Shown: positions 57,092 to 64,000 of the stretch, one piece after another
Position numbering within the stretch: position 1 is the stretch's first letter
Layout of the letters: each line of letters starts with the position of its first letter
Origin: an uncultured Bifidobacteriaceae bacterium
GTDB taxonomy: Bacteria > Bacteroidota > Bacteroidia > UKL13-3
Length of the DNA stretch: 64,000 bases
NCBI GenBank assembly: GCA_964535575.1
Contig: CAZHTC010000003.1
Span: forward strand, 283,357-347,356
Direction of reading: 5' to 3'
Made by a program: the position numbers and the translations under genes
The notes under the pieces: model-generated
Database searches by the model: none
What the model was told of the DNA's origin: nothing
Seen by the model: only the letters and a program-made list of their open reading frames with translations

Positions 57092-59580
57092 TAGGGATCT
57101 ACATCCGGAATCACATCAATGCTGCGAAATTGTTTATCCGATTGGTGCCACTGTTCTATTACTTCATGAATGAGTTGTTTCACTTTAGCCGGAGAGGTAT
57201 TTTCCTTTTCAAATTTGATAAGAAACTGTTGGAGGTACTTGTTTTTTATTTTGCCTACATAAGGACTTTCAGGACCAATAATCCGTTTGCCCATTTGGGC
57301 ACGCATAAGTTTAGCTAATTCTTCGGCTCCCTGCTTTACCAGTTTTTCCTCTTTATGTTTAAGCGTTAATCTTATTAGCCTGTAGTAAGGTGGGTAATGA
57401 AACTGTTCCCTATCGTGCATTTCCATCGTGTATAACCTGAAGTAGTCATGATTTACCAGCAACTGCAGCACCCGGTGCATGGGATTGGAAGTTTGAATAA
57501 TAACTTTGCCCTTTCGGTGTGTGCGTCCTGCTCGTCCTGCTACCTGTTCAATTAACTGAAATGCTTTTTCATTTGCCCTGAAATCGGGAAAATTCAACAG
57601 GCTGTCGGCATTCACAATTCCTACCAGATTTACTTTAGCAAAATCAAGTCCCTTGGAAATCATTTGCGTGCCAATAAGCACATCGGCTTTATGTTGTTCA
57701 AAATCGTGAAGAATATCCGTATGGCTGTTTTTGGTTCGGGTTGCATCTAAATCCAGCCGGAGTAACCTGGCTGTAGGAATCAGCATATTTAATTCGTCCT
57801 CCACACGCTCTGTACCAAATCCTACCATACTCATCTGGCTGCTGCCGCATTGTTTGCATTGTACCGGTGGCGCTTCGCTATATCCGCAAAAGTGGCAATG
57901 TAACTTATGTGACAGTTTGTGATACGTGAGGTGTATATCGCAGTTAATGCATTTAGGTACCCAGGTGCAAATGGCGCATTCAAGCATTGGAGCGTAACCC
58001 CGTCTGTTTTGAAATAAAATTGCCTGTTCTCCGGTTTGCATGCATTGCTCCAGTTCATTTAACAATAGTTCGCCAAACATGGCGCGCATTGTTTTCTTTT
58101 TTTTATCATGGCTCACATCGGCCAGTACCATTTCGGGCAAGTCGAGTTCGCTGAATCGTTTCATTAATTCTACCAGTCCGTATTTACCCGTATTGGCATT
58201 AAAGTAGGTTTCGTAAGAAGGGGTGGCAGAGCCCAGCAGTACCGGTGCTTTCCAAATGGATGCCAAATAAATGGCGGTATCGCGTGCATGGTAACGGGGG
58301 GCCGGGTCTTGCTGCTTAAATGAATTTTCGTGTTCTTCATCTACAATTACAAGCCCCAGGTTTTTATAAGGAAGAAACATGGAGGAACGGGGCCCAAGTA
58401 CCAACTGAGCTTTCCCGCTTGCAATGCGTTGCCAGTTATCAATCCGCTCGCGGTCACTTAAACGCGAGTGAAAAGTAACAATATGGTTGCCGAAATACTT
58501 TCGGAGGCGCATAATTACCTGGGAGGTGAGTGCAATTTCGGGGAGCAGATACAATACCTGTTTCCCTTTATTCAACTCTTCTTCGATAAGTTTTACATAC
58601 ACATGGGTTTTTCCGCTTCCGGTGATACCGTGCAATAAAACTACATTTTTTTCTGCAAAATGATGTTTGGTTTTTATCAGAGCCGATTCCTGTTCTTCGT
58701 TCAGGTCAAACTGAATATTCATTGTTGCCGGAATCAAAAACTCATCTTCTTTCAGGGTATATACTTCAAAAATTTCTTTTTCGGATAAGGCCCTGAAAAT
58801 GGCATCTGACGAACGACTTTGTTCCAGTAATTCTTTTTTGGTAATCCGTGTTTTGTTGAAACTCATCTGCACAAAAGCCATCACCAGGTCAAGTTGTTTG
58901 GGAGCTTTTTTCTCTAGTTTATCAAAGAGTTCTTTCAGCTCTTCTTCCCGGGTGTAGTGTTTCCCCAGTTTAACACAGGCAATTGTTTTTGGCTTATAGG
59001 TGTTCTTTAGTTCTTCATGAATCAGAATAAGGTTTGCCGCTAATAAATCTTTAAGCAGGTGATGTACCTGTTTTTGCTGGACAATTTCTCCAATTTGCGA
59101 AATGGTGAGTTCGTTGTTTTTCTCTAAAGCCTCAACAATAAGGTACTGTTTATCGTTTAACGAACCATAATCAATCTCTGTTTCGCGGTTTAAAAAAACT
59201 TTTGATTCGCTTTCTAATTTTAATCCTGCCGGCAAGGCAGCATTCATTACTTCACCCAACGAGCACATATAGTACGATGCCATCCATTCCCACAATTGCA
59301 GTTGTTTGGCATTTACCACCGGCTGTTCGTCAATGATGGCGTGCAAAAATTTAGCTTCGTATCCTGCAGGTGCTTTACGGTGTACTGAGTGTACAATAGC
59401 CGAATAGAGTTTTTTCTTTCCGAATTGAACGGTTACCCGCACACCTTGCGTTACCTGATCATTTAATTCAAACGGAATGCGGTAGGTAAATGTTTTAGGC
59501 AGCGCAAGCGGAAGAATTACCTCGGCAAAAAGGGTTTCCCGTTCATGGTGATTGTTATCGGTGTTAAGCTCGAGCAACAT
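57088..59580 (-). CDS. priA: Primosomal protein N' (replication restart helicase PriA)
   Basis: Walker A GITGSGKT. DEEH box. Cys4 zinc-binding region (CAICTW...CINCD...CHFCG...CKQCGS). Confidence 0.95.
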   Translation of the reverse strand: MLLELNTDNNHHERETLFAEVILPLALPKTFTYRIPFELNDQVTQGVRVTVQFGKKKLYSAIVHSVHRKAPAGYEAKFLHAIIDEQPVVNAKQLQLWEWMASYYMCSLGEVMNAALPAGLKLESESKVFLNRETEIDYGSLNDKQYLIVEALEKNNELTISQIGEIVQQKQVHHLLKDLLAANLILIHEELKNTYKPKTIACVKLGKHYTREEELKELFDKLEKKAPKQLDLVMAFVQMSFNKTRITKKELLEQSRSSDAIFRALSEKEIFEVYTLKEDEFLIPATMNIQFDLNEEQESALIKTKHHFAEKNVVLLHGITGSGKTHVYVKLIEEELNKGKQVLYLLPEIALTSQVIMRLRKYFGNHIVTFHSRLSDRERIDNWQRIASGKAQLVLGPRSSMFLPYKNLGLVIVDEEHENSFKQQDPAPRYHARDTAIYLASIWKAPVLLGSATPSYETYFNANTGKYGLVELMKRFSELDLPEMVLADVSHDKKKKTMRAMFGELLLNELEQCMQTGEQAILFQNRRGYAPMLECAICTWVPKCINCDIHLTYHKLSHKLHCHFCGYSEAPPVQCKQCGSSQMSMVGFGTERVEDELNMLIPTARLLRLDLDATRTKNSHTDILHDFEQHKADVLIGTQMISKGLDFAKVNLVGIVNADSLLNFPDFRANEKAFQLIEQVAGRAGRTHRKGKVIIQTSNPMHRVLQLLVNHDYFRLYTMEMHDREQFHYPPYYRLIRLTLKHKEEKLVKQGAEELAKLMRAQMGKRIIGPESPYVGKIKNKYLQQFLIKFEKENTSPAKVKQLIHEVIEQWHQSDKQFRSIDVIPDVDPY

Positions 59581-60086
59581 CAGTTGATGTCTTGTGGAGT
59601 CCGTTTAGGGTAATCAAGTTCTACAACTCGGGCACATGCCATTTTGAGTTGTTTCCAGCTTGCAATATCTAATTCCAGATAAGCCATTCCGCAAGTGGGG
59701 AAGTCCATCATAAATTCTCCGGCCAGGAAGCCAAGAAAATAACTGATACCCGGATTGTGACCAACCAGTACAATGCTGTCGGCTGTATCGGGTTGCCCGC
59801 GCAGTACTTCCTTTAAGTCATCAATGGTTGCTTCGTAAATATCACGATTCAGGTCAATATCATCGGTGGCATAATGGATTTCCTTTGCGAGCAAGCGGGC
59901 GGTTTTAAGTGCGCGTTTGGCAGGGCTGCTCACAATTAAATCAACCGGCCATTTTTTCGAAGCTAACCGTTTACCCATTTCGGTGGCATTTTGTTTTCCC
60001 CGTTCATTAAGCGGACGATCAAAATCTTTCAGTTCGGGATTTGCCCAATCTGATTTTGCATGACGAACCAGTACCAGTTGTTTCAT
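59580..60086 (-). CDS. sixA: Histidine phosphatase family protein (SixA-like phosphohistidine phosphatase)
   Basis: RHG catalytic motif LVRHAKS and downstream H (LVGHNP). The start is moved to 60086 (MKQLVLVRHAKSDW). The TGATG junction overlaps the priA start. Confidence 0.7.
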   Translation of the reverse strand: MKQLVLVRHAKSDWANPELKDFDRPLNERGKQNATEMGKRLASKKWPVDLIVSSPAKRALKTARLLAKEIHYATDDIDLNRDIYEATIDDLKEVLRGQPDTADSIVLVGHNPGISYFLGFLAGEFMMDFPTCGMAYLELDIASWKQLKMACARVVELDYPKRTPQDIN

Positions 60087-60487
60087 TTTTTCAGCATTTT
60101 TCCAAATGAAAATCCGGCAATCAACCATCCGCTTATCAGACAAACTCCACCAATGGGAGTAATGGCACCCAGCCAACGCAAACTGATGTCAGTAAACAAT
60201 GGCGCAGCACTCATGACATATAAACTGATGCAAAAAACTGAGAGCCCTGTGAGGATAAGCATTCGAATAATGGAGAAACGCGGAAGGTTGTAGTGCGCAT
60301 GAGCCACTCCAAGGATGAGCAGAGCAAGTGCATTATACATGTGATACCTCGCGGCTGTCTCAAAAATTTCCAATTCACGTTCTCCTACTTTCCCTGAGAG
60401 GCCATGTTTTCCAAAAGCACCTAAGGCTATGGCAGCACTAATTAAATAAGCGGCCAGTTGCATGGTTTTGATTCCTTGTTGTTGCAT
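60083..60487 (-). CDS. DUF423-family small membrane protein (YgdD/TMEM256-like)
   Basis: 4 TM segments. LGAFGKHGL motif. The likely true start is ATG 60463 (MQLAAYL...). A 4-nt overlap with the sixA-like start suggests translational coupling. Confidence 0.6.
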   Translation of the reverse strand: MQQQGIKTMQLAAYLISAAIALGAFGKHGLSGKVGERELEIFETAARYHMYNALALLILGVAHAHYNLPRFSIIRMLILTGLSVFCISLYVMSAAPLFTDISLRWLGAITPIGGVCLISGWLIAGFSFGKMLKK

Positions 60488-60568
60488 TCTACTTTACTAT
60501 ACAGCTTGTTGACAAATAACAGCAATTTATAACCTTTTTAAAAGGAATTTTGAGAGAACGTAAATTAG

Positions 60569-63301
60569 ATGAATAAGTCGCTGGTTTTAGGGGTAATAAT
60601 TACTGCATCCATTATCGGAGGGCTTATCTATTATTTTTACAATACACAGGTAAGCGTGCGTGAAACCCCCGCCTTAGAGGCTGTTCCGGATGATGCCGCC
60701 ATAGTTTTTGAAATAAATGATGCTTCGCAAGGCTGGGCAAATTTGTATAATACCGGCATGTGGAAGGATTTGAAAAAATCAGATGATTTCAATCAATTCA
60801 GCGCAAAACTGGTTTCTTTAGACTCTATGGTTTTCAACAATGCCGACTTCAGAAAGGTATTGAAGAACTATAAACTGTTTTTCTCCATTCATCCCTCACC
60901 CTCCGGAAAACTGCAATACCTCTTCGTAATTGAACTCAATAAAAAACTGGATCTCGACTATATTGACAAGTGGCTGAAACAAAATGCAGGTAAGGGAACA
61001 TCTGTAGGCAACCGTGTTTTTAACAAGGTTAAGATTCATGAGTTGAACGATGAGCAAAAACATCCTGTGCTTTCGTTCACTATTTACGATGGGTTACTTA
61101 TGTTCTCCGAAACAGGTTCGCTGGTTGATGATGCGCTTCGAAAAATGATTTCGGGTACGGCCGAGCAAAAGAAAATTTTTGAGCCGGTACGTACACTTAC
61201 AACACCCAACGTACAGGCCAATATTTACCTTAATTACGCAAACCTGCCCGCCTTTTTCCGTTGTTTCAGCAATAAACAAAACCCAACTTTATTTAATTTT
61301 ATAAGAGATTTTGCCAATACATCAGCACTCGACCTCAGGGTGAATCAGGCAGGCATTTTACTTACCGGAGTAACCAATACCAGCATCAAACAATTTAACT
61401 ACCTTGATTTGTTCAGGCTGCAAATGCCGCAAAAAAATACCATCACCAAACTGGTGCCCAATTCCACTGCTTTTATGTTGCATATGGGTATTGGAGATCC
61501 TGTTTCTTTTACCAAAGACCTGAAAGAGTTTTTATCTTCCAAAGGATTAACCAATGAGTACCGTAACTTTTCTGATAGTCTCTTTAACCTGTATAAAATA
61601 CGGGTTGAAGAAAACCTGATTCCGGTAATGGGCAATGAAGTGGCACTGGTGATGAATGAAAATACTTCAGTTGATTACACCCGCGATATTTATGCGGTTA
61701 TAAAATCAACCAATAAGGAAATAGCGCAACAAAATATCGGGAATCTTAAGCGTGCTGTGGCTGCAAAAGGGAGTGCCGATTCGGTATCCATTACATACAA
61801 CGGAATTCAGGTGAGCCGCCTGCCGCTGGGCAATTACCTTAAACTTATTTACGGAGGAATATTCAATGAAATTCAATCACCGTTTATTGCGGTGCTTGAT
61901 GAATATGTGGTAATGGCCAATAACTACAACACCCTGAAGCAGGTGATTGACGGATATAAAGACGGGCAAACACTTATAAACAGCGAAAGTTATAAAACCT
62001 ATGCTGATATTAATGCTTCGCCTGCCAATGTTTCGGTGATGTTTAATATTCCTAAATGTTTATTTTTACCTTCGGTATCGGGTTCCGAAGGAATTATCAG
62101 CAGCATCAGCCGCAATCAGGCGTTTTATAAAAAATTTGAGTACGTAACACTGCAGTACAGCAGCACCAACAATAAAATGTTCTACTCTAATATCAATTAC
62201 AAATTTGCCCAGTCGTTTACCGAAGAAACCCGCAAATTGTGGAATGTACAGTTGGATACTACTCCGGCTATTAAACCCTATGTACTCTATGATTCGGAAA
62301 CGCGGCAATATGTGGTGCTGGTGCAGGATGTGCTCAATACTGTTTACCTATATGAAAACAATGGAAACCTGCGCTGGGATAAAAAACTGGAAGGCCGAAT
62401 TATGGGCGATATTGTGGAGGTAGATGCGATGAACAACGGTCAGCGGCAGTACCTGTTTAACACTGCCGACTATGTGTACCTGCTTGATGCCGCAGGACGA
62501 AATATGTTGAATTACCCAATGAAACTTGGAGCCAAAGCCTCGGCAGGACTTACCGTGTTGAAACCTGATACAGGCGATATTCGCTATTATATTCCCTGCG
62601 AAAACCAGAATGCTTATGGATATTCGGTAAAAGGAAAATTGCTTGACGGCTGGAATCCGCGTACCCTGGAATACAACGTGGCTTACCGCATTCGTACTTT
62701 CCGTATGGGGTCACGGCAGTTTTTGTACTCATCAACAGAGCGGGGAACTTTGTATATATGGCAACAAAAAGGGCTGAGGGCACCGTTTAATTATAAAAAG
62801 TCAACCGTTTTCACAACGCCTTATAGTGTAAAAGTGCTTGATACCAGTTCGGCACGTTTGTTTGCATTAGATACCAACGGATATATTTACAGTTATATTT
62901 TCGGGGCAAAGGCCGATTCGCTCAAACCTGTTTTTGCCGGAGCCGGTAACTACATGGAAGCAATTGATGTGGATTTTGACGGCCATACTGAGTTTTTGGT
63001 TGGAGGTGCGGGCAGTTATCGCCTCCTAAGCGAAAGTGGGAAAGAAATTTCGCGCCTTAATGCCGATGACACTGCAGCCACCGAACCATTTTTTGTTGAA
63101 CTCAACGGAAAACTGAAAATAGGAATGGCTTCCCCTGCTCACAATAAGGTGTATTTATTTCACAGCAATGGTACCGCGTATTCCTCGTTCCCGGTAAACG
63201 GGGTAACCTCTTTTATGACCTCTGATTTTTACCAGAACGGAAACCGCTACATGGTGGTGGGCGACACGCACGGGTATATTAACCTGTACCTGCTCAAATA
63301 A
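60569..63301 (+). CDS. Large hypothetical N-terminally membrane-anchored protein with C-terminal beta-propeller-like (FG-GAP/PQQ-like) repeats
   Basis: N-terminal TM segment LVLGVIITASIIGGLIYYF. The C-terminal 300 aa has repeated D-x-x-G-Y-I/N...Y blades (LDTNGYIYSY, DVDFDGHTEFLVGG, VGDTHGYINLY). Confidence 0.45.
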   Translation: MNKSLVLGVIITASIIGGLIYYFYNTQVSVRETPALEAVPDDAAIVFEINDASQGWANLYNTGMWKDLKKSDDFNQFSAKLVSLDSMVFNNADFRKVLKNYKLFFSIHPSPSGKLQYLFVIELNKKLDLDYIDKWLKQNAGKGTSVGNRVFNKVKIHELNDEQKHPVLSFTIYDGLLMFSETGSLVDDALRKMISGTAEQKKIFEPVRTLTTPNVQANIYLNYANLPAFFRCFSNKQNPTLFNFIRDFANTSALDLRVNQAGILLTGVTNTSIKQFNYLDLFRLQMPQKNTITKLVPNSTAFMLHMGIGDPVSFTKDLKEFLSSKGLTNEYRNFSDSLFNLYKIRVEENLIPVMGNEVALVMNENTSVDYTRDIYAVIKSTNKEIAQQNIGNLKRAVAAKGSADSVSITYNGIQVSRLPLGNYLKLIYGGIFNEIQSPFIAVLDEYVVMANNYNTLKQVIDGYKDGQTLINSESYKTYADINASPANVSVMFNIPKCLFLPSVSGSEGIISSISRNQAFYKKFEYVTLQYSSTNNKMFYSNINYKFAQSFTEETRKLWNVQLDTTPAIKPYVLYDSETRQYVVLVQDVLNTVYLYENNGNLRWDKKLEGRIMGDIVEVDAMNNGQRQYLFNTADYVYLLDAAGRNMLNYPMKLGAKASAGLTVLKPDTGDIRYYIPCENQNAYGYSVKGKLLDGWNPRTLEYNVAYRIRTFRMGSRQFLYSSTERGTLYIWQQKGLRAPFNYKKSTVFTTPYSVKVLDTSSARLFALDTNGYIYSYIFGAKADSLKPVFAGAGNYMEAIDVDFDGHTEFLVGGAGSYRLLSESGKEISRLNADDTAATEPFFVELNGKLKIGMASPAHNKVYLFHSNGTAYSSFPVNGVTSFMTSDFYQNGNRYMVVGDTHGYINLYLLK

Positions 63302-63304
63302 TTG

Positions 63305-64000
63305 TTACAACGCTATATGTTTTGATTGAACAGCTTTGCCAAAAAAAATGGCAGCATGGCGGTCGAAATTTTCGGTGTCATCGGTGGTAAGGAATTCGCG
63401 TGTTCCGTTTTTACTGCAAAGTGCCTCCATTTCGGGGTGACGATACAGGTAACTGCCCAGACTATGCGCCACAATTTCTCCCTGCGAGAGAACCGATACC
63501 TGCGGGGGTAAATATTTTTTTATTTTTTCAATAAGAAGCGGGTAGTGGGTGCAGCCCAAAATCACCGTATCAATTAAAGGTGATTGCTGCATCAGGTGGT
63601 CAATATTTTTTTTGATAAAGTAGTCGGCACCGGGGCTGTTAAATTCATTATTCTCCACTAATGGAACCCACATCGGGCAGGCTTCCTGAAATACATTCAC
63701 ATCCGGGAAAAATTTGTGCAACTCAACGGGATATGATTGCGATGCTACCGTACCCGATGTACCCAGCACACCAATATGTTTGCTGGTAGAGAAATTTCCT
63801 GCCAGTTCGGTGGTTGGCCGTATCACCCCCAATACCCGCAGCGAGGAATTGAGGTGAGGTAAATCTTTTTGCTGAATGGTGCGCAGGGCTTTGGCCGAGG
63901 CGGTATTGCAGGCTAAAATAACCAGACTGCACCCGCGGCTAAAGAGCAGATTTACGCACTCAAGGGTGTAGTGGTACACTGTTTCGAATGAGCGGTTACC
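63305..64000 (-). CDS. murI: Glutamate racemase MurI (N-terminus beyond window edge)
   Basis: ACNTASA and GCTHYP catalytic-cysteine motifs. The ORF is open to the window end. Confidence 0.85.
   Translation of the reverse strand, partial: GNRSFETVYHYTLECVNLLFSRGCSLVILACNTASAKALRTIQQKDLPHLNSSLRVLGVIRPTTELAGNFSTSKHIGVLGTSGTVASQSYPVELHKFFPDVNVFQEACPMWVPLVENNEFNSPGADYFIKKNIDHLMQQSPLIDTVILGCTHYPLLIEKIKKYLPPQVSVLSQGEIVAHSLGSYLYRHPEMEALCSKNGTREFLTTDDTENFDRHAAIFFGKAVQSKHIAL

Noticed and set aside
60060-60293. 77-aa + ORF overlapping the sixA-like/DUF423 junction
   Set aside because: It is antisense to two supported genes that are translationally coupled. No motifs.
1-64000. Scan for CRISPR arrays, IS elements, integrases, phage or toxin-antitoxin/defense genes
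   Set aside because: No regularly spaced direct repeats, no transposase/integrase/recombinase-like ORFs and no terminal inverted repeats flanking a cassette were seen. The only nuclease-like small gene is the YhbQ-like GIY-YIG protein, which is ubiquitous.

Overview
This 64 kb window is a gene-dense, mostly housekeeping chromosomal segment (about 55 CDS, 2 tRNAs). It is almost certainly from a Bacteroidota genome, likely Sphingobacteriia/Chitinophagia-like. Three things support this: two large secreted proteins end in T9SS (Por) C-terminal sorting domains, the conserved parA-parB-DUF5683-dapB-lepB synteny is present, and Bacteroidetes-type -33 TTG / -7 TAnnTTTG promoter boxes occur upstream of several genes. 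Recognisable genes include mutS, tRNA-Gly(GCC) and tRNA-Leu(TAA), corA, saccharopine dehydrogenase, cdd, an M4 thermolysin-like T9SS protease, rlpA, rlmI, guaA, an rsmB-like gene, an ArsR-SRPBCC/VOC-DoxX stress cluster, parAB, dapB, lepB, nhaD, ruvB, queG, miaE, a DPP-III (M49) peptidase, an ADP-forming acyl-CoA synthetase, rsmE, pckA, dnaG, priA, a sixA-like gene, and murI (partial at the 3' edge). I found no CRISPR array, transposase, integrase, phage genes or obvious defense island. The items worth a second look are modest. There is a long, possibly structured leader next to the arsR operator repeats. Two hypothetical secreted genes (a VWA protein and a lipoprotein) sit between dnaG and priA. 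An AT-rich secreted protein has 4 internal repeats. There is a small GIY-YIG nuclease gene with a hairpin-rich upstream spacer. A two-tier hairpin lies in the tRNA-Gly/tRNA-Leu spacer. Several ORF-caller starts appear to be wrong (cdd, arsR, parB and others). All calls are from reading motifs by eye; no database search was run.
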